Assembly (NCBI GenBank): GCA_050294405.1
Contig: JBNKOC010000008.1
Location: forward strand, 62,755-126,754
Length of the DNA stretch: 64,000 bases
Source of the DNA: Fibrobacteria bacterium
Lineage (GTDB): Bacteria > Fibrobacterota > Fibrobacteria > UBA11236 > JADFYW01
Direction: 5' to 3'
Shown here: piece after piece, positions 1 through 8,236 of the stretch
Position numbering within the stretch: position 1 is the stretch's first letter
How the letters are laid out: every line of letters begins with the position of its first letter
Program-made: the position numbers and the translations under genes
The notes under the pieces: model-generated
Seen by the model: only the letters and a program-made list of their open reading frames with translations
What the model was told of the DNA's origin: nothing
Databases searched by the model: none

Positions 1-258
1 TTGCATTAGATTCTTTTTCTTTGCCTTTTAACTGATTTGAATAAATCATTGAAAAACAAAGCATTACAAAAAAATATCTTCCTGGTTTTTGCATAGTTGA
101 TTTAAATTATAAGATGCGCCAAACCAATGCAAACAATAAATTGTTAAAACATTAAATTTTGTGTTTTTGCGTAAAAATGGCCCTTTTTTTTGCATTTAAA
201 ATAAAAATAGACTCTTAAAATCCTTCATTGATCCAAAATTTGAGGGTATAATTATCTC

Positions 259-630
259 ATGAATCAAAAATTTGACGAAATTTTAGTTTATAATCGTGTG
301 GGAACCCTTAGACGTGTGACTGTGGAAGCATTAAAAAGGTTGAATTATAGTTCAATAAAAGAGTTCTCAAGCAAGGATGAATTGGAAAAAGAGCTTAAAT
401 TAGATATTCAATTTTTGTTGATTTTGGAGATAACAGGGGAGAACCCTGTGTCCGAGCTTGAGCTAATTCAAAAATATTCGGGCCGTCATAGAATGCTGGT
501 TACTCTTCAAATAAGCAGTAAAGAGTTGATTTTAAAACTTTCTCGTGCTGGGGCTAAAAATGTGCTCTTAAAGAGTTTGGATATCGGAGGCTTCTCTGAA
601 AAATTACAAACCGCTCTCGGTCCCCGTTAG
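259..630 (+). CDS. CheY-like pseudo-receiver protein
   Basis: 123 aa with receiver-like pattern (ILVYN..., LLILEI, AGAKNVLLKSL). The phosphoacceptor Asp position appears to be Glu and the acidic pocket is missing. Confidence 0.55.
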   Translation: MNQKFDEILVYNRVGTLRRVTVEALKRLNYSSIKEFSSKDELEKELKLDIQFLLILEITGENPVSELELIQKYSGRHRMLVTLQISSKELILKLSRAGAKNVLLKSLDIGGFSEKLQTALGPR

Positions 631-639
631 CAGCTGTTT

Positions 640-1479
640 TTAAATAAAGAAATCGGCATTGGAAATTTCTCGTTTTACCTTTTCCACGAGCTCTTCCAAA
701 ACTTCGCTGGAAAGGTTTAAGTCGTGTAAAGCACCCTGGCTACAATTCTCAGGCATTTTCTTGCTCGGCATCAAAAAACCAAACAAAGAGGCGTAGAAAT
801 CGGCAACATGGACGGCCTGAGTGAGGCCCAGTTCCTGATGGGCGGATTTATCGGGAAAATGATGGAATTCCACGGCGCACAACAAAGCCTCTGGCAATTT
901 CCATTCCTGCAATAAAACCCTTCCTGCGCTCCCGTGGTCTATACCAAAAAAATCTTTTTCCAAAATGGATATATCAATGGATTGGCTTTCTGATTTTTCT
1001 ATTAGCTCCTGATACTTTTCCGGCTCCAGGCTGGATAAAATCAGAATCCCGATATCATGGAAAAGCCCGGCAATGTAAGCGGAATCCGGATTTATTTTTT
1101 TTTCTTTGGAGCCCTCAATAATAAGTCGGGTTATTAAGGCTACGCTCACAGAGTGTTTCCAAAACTCCTTAATGTCCATGTTTTTTGAAGTGGGGGAGTT
1201 TTGAATCATGGAAATAGCCAGGGATATTTTACTGACCTCCTTAAGGCCTATTCTGGAAACAGCTTGAGAAATTGATCCAATGCTTCCATATTTTCCAGCA
1301 TACTTAACTGAATTGGCAATTTTAAGAAAGTGGGCGGACAGGGCGATATTCTTTTCTATGGTTTGAATGACTTCGGAAAATTCCACATTGGGATCTTGGA
1401 TACATTTTAAGAAATATTGGGTTTCAATACCCAGAGAGGGGAGGGAATCCAGCGATAATATTCTTTTAGTTATATCCAT
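640..1479 (-). CDS. HDOD domain protein
   Basis: LPSL, LKIANS, SISQAVSRIG, FWKHS, AYIAGLFHDIG, DHGSAGRVLLQEWKLP, AVEFHH are typical HDOD motifs. Confidence 0.9.
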   Translation of the reverse strand: MDITKRILSLDSLPSLGIETQYFLKCIQDPNVEFSEVIQTIEKNIALSAHFLKIANSVKYAGKYGSIGSISQAVSRIGLKEVSKISLAISMIQNSPTSKNMDIKEFWKHSVSVALITRLIIEGSKEKKINPDSAYIAGLFHDIGILILSSLEPEKYQELIEKSESQSIDISILEKDFFGIDHGSAGRVLLQEWKLPEALLCAVEFHHFPDKSAHQELGLTQAVHVADFYASLFGFLMPSKKMPENCSQGALHDLNLSSEVLEELVEKVKREISNADFFI

Positions 1480-1487
1480 TTTAAAAT

Positions 1488-1859
1488 TTACTGTTCGCTA
1501 TCCAAACACTCCATGATTTTTACCATTAATTCTTCCTGGGTAAAAGGCTTCATTATGTAATTGGTGGCTCCAGCTCCGATGGCTTCTATAATTTTATCGG
1601 GTTCATTTACCGCTGTGAGCATTATTATGGGAATGTTGCTTAAGCTTTCATTTTCCTTAATAGCTTTAACAGCGCTAAGGCCGTCCATTACAGGCATATC
1701 CCAATCCATTAATATTAATCCCACATCGCTATTGTTGCTCAAAGCATCTAAAGCGGCCTGGCCGTTTTCAGCTTCCAGGGTATTGTGCCCCAGCATATCC
1801 AGGGCATTTCGAACCAACTTTCTGATAGTTGGCGAGTCATCAACTGATAGTATGTTCAT
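1488..1859 (-). CDS. cheY: chemotaxis response regulator CheY
   Basis: Single receiver domain (SVDDS, LMDWDMPVMDG, MLTA, YIMKPF) inside a che cluster. Confidence 0.85.
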   Translation of the reverse strand: MNILSVDDSPTIRKLVRNALDMLGHNTLEAENGQAALDALSNNSDVGLILMDWDMPVMDGLSAVKAIKENESLSNIPIIMLTAVNEPDKIIEAIGAGATNYIMKPFTQEELMVKIMECLDSEQ

Positions 1860-2701
1860 AGAGGCACCCTCTTTTTATAATACAATCCTATGGGCTTAAT
1901 TTTATTGGAAAAGGATTCTGTAATACCTGTTAAACTTTCCGCTCCCCCCACAATTAAAATTCCAAAGGAGGATAATTTTTGCGCAATTTTTTCAAACATT
2001 TGGCTTTTGGTTTTACTGCTAAAATAGATAGCCACATTTCGGCAAAATACAATATCCATGGTGGGGACATCATCAAATTTGTCTAAAATGTTTAATCGTT
2101 TAAACTGAACTAAGTTTCTTACAGAATCTTTAATAGTCCAAATTTTTTCATCCCCATCAAAATATTGGGATAAATGAGCTTCATCCATTCCCCGACTCAT
2201 GGTGAATTTGTCGTATCTTCCCGAACGGGCTAAAAGTAAAATAGGATCTGATATGTCTGTTGCCGTAATTTTAATTTTCTCTACGGGAAAATCCGGATGT
2301 TTCTTTTGGTAGTCCAATATTGTCATGGCAATAGAATAGGGCTCCTGGCCCGTGGAACAGGCGCAACTCCATATATTTGCAAAAATTCTCTTTCCGCTTT
2401 TGAACTCTTCATGTAATTCAGGCAAAAATTCTTCGGCCAACAATTTAAAAGGGTACCCGTCCCGAAACCACAAGGTTTCATTGGTGGTCATAGCATCCAA
2501 AATTTTATCCCTAAGACCCGAGGCTTTTTCTGATACAGCCTTTTTGTGGAGCTCCCCAATGCTCTTGCATCCATTGGTAGCCATTAAGACGGTGAGGCGG
2601 CTTTCCACTAAATATTCTTTTTCATCTCCCAGACAAATACCGCAATGCTCTTCGATAAACGAGCGGATATCCAAAAATTCCTGCCGGGTCATGATGCTCA
2701 T
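1856..2701 (-). CDS. cheR: chemotaxis methyltransferase CheR
   Basis: TTNETLWFRD, WSCACSTGQEPYS, ATDIS, FCRNVAIYF, VGGAES. Confidence 0.95.
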   Translation of the reverse strand: MSIMTRQEFLDIRSFIEEHCGICLGDEKEYLVESRLTVLMATNGCKSIGELHKKAVSEKASGLRDKILDAMTTNETLWFRDGYPFKLLAEEFLPELHEEFKSGKRIFANIWSCACSTGQEPYSIAMTILDYQKKHPDFPVEKIKITATDISDPILLLARSGRYDKFTMSRGMDEAHLSQYFDGDEKIWTIKDSVRNLVQFKRLNILDKFDDVPTMDIVFCRNVAIYFSSKTKSQMFEKIAQKLSSFGILIVGGAESLTGITESFSNKIKPIGLYYKKRVPL

Positions 2702-3763
2702 TTAAACTTTTACCCTCTCCTGGGATATAATTTCAATGGCCTGGGAAATCTCATCTACATCCAGTTCCAAATCAGATAAACCAGCATCCACAACAGCCTT
2801 TGGCATTCCGTAAATGGTACAGCTGGACTCGGATTGGGTAATGGAGTAGCAACCTTTTTTCTTTAGGGCTTTAACTCCCTCAAGGCCGTCCTGACCCATT
2901 CCTGTCAGCATAATAGAGGCTGTGGAAAAACGGTAGTTTTTTGCAATGGATTCAAACAATACATCTACAGAGGGACGGCAACTATTCACTTTTTCCTTTT
3001 CATTGATATCCAGTTTATATTGAAACCCCTCTTTTACCAACTCCATGTGTTTTCCGCCCGGAGCGAAATACACAGTGTTTGCCTGAAGCTCCATGTTAGG
3101 TTCAGCTTCGCATATCTTAATAGGAGTTAATTTATCCAAATTGGCCGCCAGGGACTTTGTAAAGTTCGCAGGCATATGTTGCACTACTAATATTGGCACC
3201 TGAGATGATTTGGTTAACTTTGAAAAAATTTGGGTTAAAACTTTAGGACCCCCGGTACTCACTCCGATGGCAATTAGTTGGACATCTTTTGGGAGCGCGG
3301 TATTTAAATTTTTACTGGGTTTTTGTTCTATGCGGGATGTTCGTTTAGGGGACTGTGCAGCAACCAAGCTTAAGCAGTTACTCAAGTGTTCCTTTAATTT
3401 CCCAAAGTTTTCGTCAACGCTGGAACTTCCCGGTTTAGGGATAAAATCCAAGGCGCCCATTCTAAGGCCCATAATAGTGTCCGGGGCATTCTTTTGGCTA
3501 ATGCCACTAATCAAAACCACAGATGTATTAGGGTATTTTTGCAGAATTAGCCCCAGGGTTTGCACGCCGCCCATACCTGGCATATGTATATCCAACAATA
3601 CCAAATCAGCTTCTTTTTCTTTGAGAACTTCCAAGGCGTTTTCCCCAGATGAAGCTTCATCTATTATGTCTACATTTTCAAAATGGCTCAGTGATTTTCT
3701 GATTACCTTGCGATAGAGCAGGTTATCATCCACTATTAAAACTTTGATTTTGGAAGAGTTCAT
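2702..3763 (-). CDS. cheB: chemotaxis methylesterase CheB (REC + esterase)
   Basis: N-terminal receiver; GVSTGGP, VQHMP, RPSVDVLF, LTGMGQDG catalytic motifs. Confidence 0.95.
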   Translation of the reverse strand: MNSSKIKVLIVDDNLLYRKVIRKSLSHFENVDIIDEASSGENALEVLKEKEADLVLLDIHMPGMGGVQTLGLILQKYPNTSVVLISGISQKNAPDTIMGLRMGALDFIPKPGSSSVDENFGKLKEHLSNCLSLVAAQSPKRTSRIEQKPSKNLNTALPKDVQLIAIGVSTGGPKVLTQIFSKLTKSSQVPILVVQHMPANFTKSLAANLDKLTPIKICEAEPNMELQANTVYFAPGGKHMELVKEGFQYKLDINEKEKVNSCRPSVDVLFESIAKNYRFSTASIMLTGMGQDGLEGVKALKKKGCYSITQSESSCTIYGMPKAVVDAGLSDLELDVDEISQAIEIISQERVKV

Positions 3764-3767
3764 AAAG

Positions 3768-4250
3768 TCAATAATTGCTTTTAGCTACCTTTTGCTCCAA
3801 TATGTTTAGGAGGTTCAGTACAATTATTAAATTGTCGTTTTGCTTAATTATTCCATCCACCATATCGCTGTGAATGCCTGTTACATTGGCCGGTACAGGC
3901 TCAATATCTGTTTCTGCTAAATTTACAATATCACCGACCTTATCCACTAAAAGGCCTATTTTTTCTTTTTGCAAAAACCCCAATTGGTTTTGTCCGGAAG
4001 GCCAATCCGGTTTATCTTTTAAAACCAGACAGTGGGAGTCTTTTCCTATTTCAATGTTATCAAATCCTATACAATAGGGAAGATCCATTACTGTAATGAT
4101 TTGGCCTCTTAAGTTTAACAACCCCGTTATAAAAGTCGGGGCCAAATCCACTTTGGATACTTCCAGATTCTGGTTTATTTCTCTTATGTACCTTATATCC
4201 AAGGCGTATAATTTGTCGTTTATATAAAAGGTGGTAAAAGAAAGAGCCAT
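3768..4250 (-). CDS. cheW: chemotaxis scaffold CheW
   Basis: GLLNLRGQIITVMDL, IGLLVDKVGDIV. Confidence 0.92.
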   Translation of the reverse strand: MALSFTTFYINDKLYALDIRYIREINQNLEVSKVDLAPTFITGLLNLRGQIITVMDLPYCIGFDNIEIGKDSHCLVLKDKPDWPSGQNQLGFLQKEKIGLLVDKVGDIVNLAETDIEPVPANVTGIHSDMVDGIIKQNDNLIIVLNLLNILEQKVAKSNY

Positions 4251-4256
4251 AATATG

Positions 4257-7200
4257 TTAGTTTAAAAACTGGCTTAAGGTTAATAGAATTTTCTTTTTAT
4301 CCCATTTGGATTCCACAGCGTCAAAATCCAACTTTCGGTCCCGTTCCTGCGCCGGAATTACACCGGTGCTGCTCATAGCTACCACAGGAATACTTTTTAA
4401 GGAGTCCGAGGATTTTATTTTTGAGGCGAGCTCGTAGCCATCCATTCCGGGCATGTTTAGATCCGATAAAATCAAATCAAAATTTTCCTGGCCGGAAAGG
4501 GCGTCCCAGGCTTCTTTGCCATTGGAACATATTTTCAATTCGCAATTGGGGTGATCTAAATAAGCCCGAAGCAGTTTTCCGAAATAATCCGTATCTTCTG
4601 CAATTAAAATTTTCTTTTGATTTAAAAAGTCGTAATTAAATTTGTGTTTTGGTTGAGCTTTTTCCACAATTTTAAAAAGGTCCAATATAAGCAACATATT
4701 TTTGTTTACAATTTGGGACCCTAAAATGCCTTCGGGGCTGGTTCCGCTTTGTTCCAGATTGCCCATGCAATTTACAGTATCAAAAAGTTCGCTTGCTAAA
4801 ATGCCCACCTGGTTTTCATTCAATTTGGGGATAATTACAAATTCATAGGGGAAATCCGAATCTCCCCGGGAGATAGGCAAATAGTCGTTGAGTTCTATTA
4901 AAGGTAAGGATTTTGATTCGTATTTTAAATAAAGTTTGCCGCTGATGTTCTCCACATTTTCCCTATGAATTTTTTCAATTCTGGAAATCATGGATAAGTT
5001 AAAAGCCAATAATTCACTGCCTCCAACCTTAAAACTTAACATGGCCTGTGCTTCTTCCAACTGCCGTTCTTTTTCCATTTTCGCTTCTTCTATAGAGCTT
5101 TCGGCAATATCATCAAATTTTAATTTGGCCATTTCTGATATGCCTACCGAATCCAATATCATGGCAATTTGCCCGTCTCCCAAAATGGTGACGCCGCTGT
5201 AGCAAGGGCTGTCTTTTAAAAAAGCGCTAAGGGGCTTCACCACAATTTCTTCATTGTTTATTACCGAGTCCGCAATTAAGCCGTAGTGATTTTTACCTAT
5301 GTTTATGACGCAAATAATAACGCTGCCTGTGGCATTTTGCCGTCTATCAGGATTTTTTCTTCTTTCCTGAATCTCTTCGGCGATTTCCTGCCCATTTCTT
5401 CTATCCGCCATATGTATGCGATGATTTGGGTGGCGCTTGTTGGTTTCGCTGTCCAAATATGTGGTTTGGATGTTAAGCACATCGGTAAGTTTCACAAGCG
5501 GCAGCAATTTGCCCCGAAGGCGTAAAACTTCAAAGCCATTCACATTTTCTATTTTTTGGCTTATTTCCGAGTTCTTTATGCGCACTAATTCCTCCAGGCC
5601 GACCTGGGGAAGCGCAATTTTTCTTCCCTCTACAGATAAGATAAGAGAAGGTATAATGGCCAATGTTAAGGGCAACCTTAATGTGATAAGCATGCCCTTA
5701 TCAAACTCGGAATCCACTTCAAGTATTCCGCCCAACTTCTCCACATTGGTTTTTACCACGTCCAAACCAACTCCTCGGCCAGATACATTGGAAATATTTT
5801 TGGCCGTGGAAAAACCGGGTCTAAAAATCAAATTCTTCTTTTCATTTTCCGAAAGAATCATGGCCTCGTCTTCCGAGATGATCTTTTTATCAAGGGCCTT
5901 AGCCACAATTTTTGGAATGTTTAAACCTGCACCATCGTCTTTTATTTCAATGACTATTTTTCCGCTTTTGTGATAGGCGCTTAATTGGATAAACCCCTGT
6001 TTGTTTTTTCCCTTTTGCTCTCTTTCTTCGGGGGGTTCAATCCCATGATCGCAGCAGTTTCGAATGAGGTGAGTAAGAGGATCTGTTAAAAGTTCCAGCA
6101 CGGACTTGTCCATTTCCACTTCTGAACCTGTGATGTGGAGTGAAATTTCTTTGCCTAACATCTTGGAGAGATCTCTTATGACTCGAGGAAATTTGTTGAA
6201 TAGAAGTCCAATGGGCTGCATGCGGGATTGCATAATGCCTTCCTGCAAATCACTGGTGATACGGGAAAATTGCTGAATCAGGGAATTGATGCTTGTAAAG
6301 TCGGATAATTTTTTAGAGCTGGCCTGGCTGTAAACGCTTTTTATTTGGGAACAATGGTTGGAAATATTTCCTTGTAAGTTTTGGATTTTTTCTGGCTCTG
6401 CGCTGGGAAAAGCCTGAGTTACAGATTGCATAATCTGGTTCTGAAAATCCTCCATGAGTTTTTCCACAAGTCCCAAACCCTGGTTCTGCCCATCTAAAGT
6501 TTTCAGAGGCTGATTAAATTGCTGCATAATCTGGTTGCGGCTAAGAACCAGTTCACCCGCCAGGTTCATCAGGTTGTTGAGCAAGTCCAGTTTTACTCTC
6601 AGAGTTTCATTGTTGCTGTTTGCCGCTTTGGCCTTCTTTTCATTCCCCGATGTTTTGATAGTTTCAATGGCTTTTTCCCTGGTCTTTTTCAAGTCTGTTT
6701 TTAGGGCAGTGTCATCAAACTTCCGGATTTGGGCAGGGTCTATGTTAAGAGCCAGTTGGGCGTATTCCTCTTCTAAAACCGAGGTAAACAATATCAAAGC
6801 CGGTTGTTTGGCTTCGCCCCTTCCCTTTGCGCTCTTTTTTGGCTTTTTTTCCTGGGGAATTAAATGAATTCCGGCGATGTCGCCCAGCTTTCGCCATTCA
6901 TTTAAAATGGGATCTTCTTCAGGGTTGTTTGCCTGAATTCCTTCTTCCCAATTTATTTCATATATGTAATGGCCTTGTTGTATATGGCTATTTAATTTTT
7001 GCTCGCTAAGTTCCTTGTAAACGGATAGGATGTATTTAAAATCAAATTTTTCGGAAAGTTCAGCGTTTTGAGAGTTTTTCTTCGGGTTGGGGGAGTTTTG
7101 CCTCGCTGGTTCAATATTATCAGCGCCTGGCTCAAGCGCCTTTAGCTTAACGATAACATCCTCAATTTCCAGTTCGTTACTTTTTTCAAGTTCATCCAGT

Positions 7201-7514
7201 AAATGCTTGAGTTTATCCATCCCTTCAAATAAGACATCAATTATTTCTACAGTAATTTCCTGTTGCTTATCTCGAAGCCTTCCCAACAGGTTTTCCAGCT
7301 CGTGGCTCAAATCGCGGATGTTTGTAAAACCAAAAAAACTGAATCCGCCTTTTATGCTGTGTATAGCTCTGAAAATATGATTTAATATTTCATCGGAAAC
7401 ATTTTTGCCTGATTTTTCTAATTCCAGAATATCTGGCTCAATGTCGCTAAGATGTTCCAGGGACTCCTGGAGCAATTCAGCAACTAATTCATTGTTTCCA
7501 TCCATAATTTGCAA
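4257..7514 (-). CDS. cheA: hybrid chemotaxis kinase CheA (Hpt-dimer-HATPase-CheW-CheW-REC)
   Basis: IFRAIHSIKG Hpt, LMNLAGELVL, HLIRNCCDHGIE, SGRGVGLDVV, two CheW-like domains, C-terminal REC (LSDLNMPGMDG). Start may be ATG at 7505. Confidence 0.95.
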   Translation of the reverse strand: MQIMDGNNELVAELLQESLEHLSDIEPDILELEKSGKNVSDEILNHIFRAIHSIKGGFSFFGFTNIRDLSHELENLLGRLRDKQQEITVEIIDVLFEGMDKLKHLLDELEKSNELEIEDVIVKLKALEPGADNIEPARQNSPNPKKNSQNAELSEKFDFKYILSVYKELSEQKLNSHIQQGHYIYEINWEEGIQANNPEEDPILNEWRKLGDIAGIHLIPQEKKPKKSAKGRGEAKQPALILFTSVLEEEYAQLALNIDPAQIRKFDDTALKTDLKKTREKAIETIKTSGNEKKAKAANSNNETLRVKLDLLNNLMNLAGELVLSRNQIMQQFNQPLKTLDGQNQGLGLVEKLMEDFQNQIMQSVTQAFPSAEPEKIQNLQGNISNHCSQIKSVYSQASSKKLSDFTSINSLIQQFSRITSDLQEGIMQSRMQPIGLLFNKFPRVIRDLSKMLGKEISLHITGSEVEMDKSVLELLTDPLTHLIRNCCDHGIEPPEEREQKGKNKQGFIQLSAYHKSGKIVIEIKDDGAGLNIPKIVAKALDKKIISEDEAMILSENEKKNLIFRPGFSTAKNISNVSGRGVGLDVVKTNVEKLGGILEVDSEFDKGMLITLRLPLTLAIIPSLILSVEGRKIALPQVGLEELVRIKNSEISQKIENVNGFEVLRLRGKLLPLVKLTDVLNIQTTYLDSETNKRHPNHRIHMADRRNGQEIAEEIQERRKNPDRRQNATGSVIICVINIGKNHYGLIADSVINNEEIVVKPLSAFLKDSPCYSGVTILGDGQIAMILDSVGISEMAKLKFDDIAESSIEEAKMEKERQLEEAQAMLSFKVGGSELLAFNLSMISRIEKIHRENVENISGKLYLKYESKSLPLIELNDYLPISRGDSDFPYEFVIIPKLNENQVGILASELFDTVNCMGNLEQSGTSPEGILGSQIVNKNMLLILDLFKIVEKAQPKHKFNYDFLNQKKILIAEDTDYFGKLLRAYLDHPNCELKICSNGKEAWDALSGQENFDLILSDLNMPGMDGYELASKIKSSDSLKSIPVVAMSSTGVIPAQERDRKLDFDAVESKWDKKKILLTLSQFLN

Positions 7515-7559
7515 ATATTGGGCGGGTTTTCACAAAAGGGCCCGTTTAAAATTCATCTT

Positions 7560-7589
7560 AGTATACACCCAATGCAAATCAGGCTTCAA
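7560..7589 (-). promoter_or_regulatory. putative sigma70 promoter for the che operon
   Basis: Minus strand TTGAAG (7589-7584), 18 nt spacer, TATACT (7565-7560), upstream of cheA. Confidence 0.4.
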
Positions 7590-7619
7590 GAAATAAAAAA
7601 GAGCTTTCTTAATGAAAAG

Positions 7620-8012
7620 CTAATTGGCAGAAATGTTGGGGATGGGGGAGAGCAGGTATTTCTTTAGAAAATTTTCAAATTCTCCACGATTTATGGGCTT
7701 TGCCATAAATGCGGTGGCCCCAATATCCAGCAAGCTGCCAATTTCTTTAACAGAAATAAAGGCTGAACACATAATTATGGGAATATTCACAAAATCCTGC
7801 TGCTTTCTGGTTTCTTTAATGAATGTTTTACCATCCATTTCCGGCATTTTGTAATCCACTACAATGGCGCTAAAGTCCGGATTATCTTCTAGCATTTGCA
7901 GTCCCCGTAACCCATTACTGGCTACTATAGATACAATTCCCATGGACTCCGCAATTCTGAGAATGAGCCTTTGAGTCATGCGTTCGTCTTCTACAATTAA
8001 AAGTTTTTTCAT
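7620..8012 (-). CDS. single-domain response regulator
   Basis: LIVEDE, VVDYKMPEMDG, MCSA, FMAKPI. Confidence 0.9.
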   Translation of the reverse strand: MKKLLIVEDERMTQRLILRIAESMGIVSIVASNGLRGLQMLEDNPDFSAIVVDYKMPEMDGKTFIKETRKQQDFVNIPIIMCSAFISVKEIGSLLDIGATAFMAKPINRGEFENFLKKYLLSPIPNISAN

Positions 8013-8195
8013 GAGAATTTATGGGATAAAATTTGCCTTACTATTGCACCTATTTTAAAATTTTGTGTCTTTTTATTTCAATCTAAATCGAATCCTTTTT
8101 TAAAGCCCTGAATCATTTTGGCGCAATGATTTAAATTGAAATGCTCTAAAAAACTACAAACAGCCCAAAAATGGCAATATTTACGCTGTTTAAGG

Positions 8196-8212
8196 CTGGC
8201 ACTTCCTTTGCA
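8196..8212 (+). promoter_or_regulatory. sigma54 (-24/-12) promoter upstream of clpB
   Basis: CTGGCAC-TTCCT-TTGCA matches TGGCAC-N5-TTGC with exact 10-nt GG..GC spacing, about 25 nt before the ATG at 8237. Confidence 0.75.
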
Positions 8213-8236
8213 AATACCATTAGCAGGGAGGAAAAA

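Noticed and set aside
178..194. sigma54-like TGGCCC...TTGCA upstream of ORF 259
   Set aside because: GG-to-GC spacing is 11 nt, not the strictly required 10.
8171..8236. N-terminal extension of ClpB from ATG 8171
   Set aside because: Overlaps the sigma54 promoter and the GGAGG RBS serving ATG 8237.
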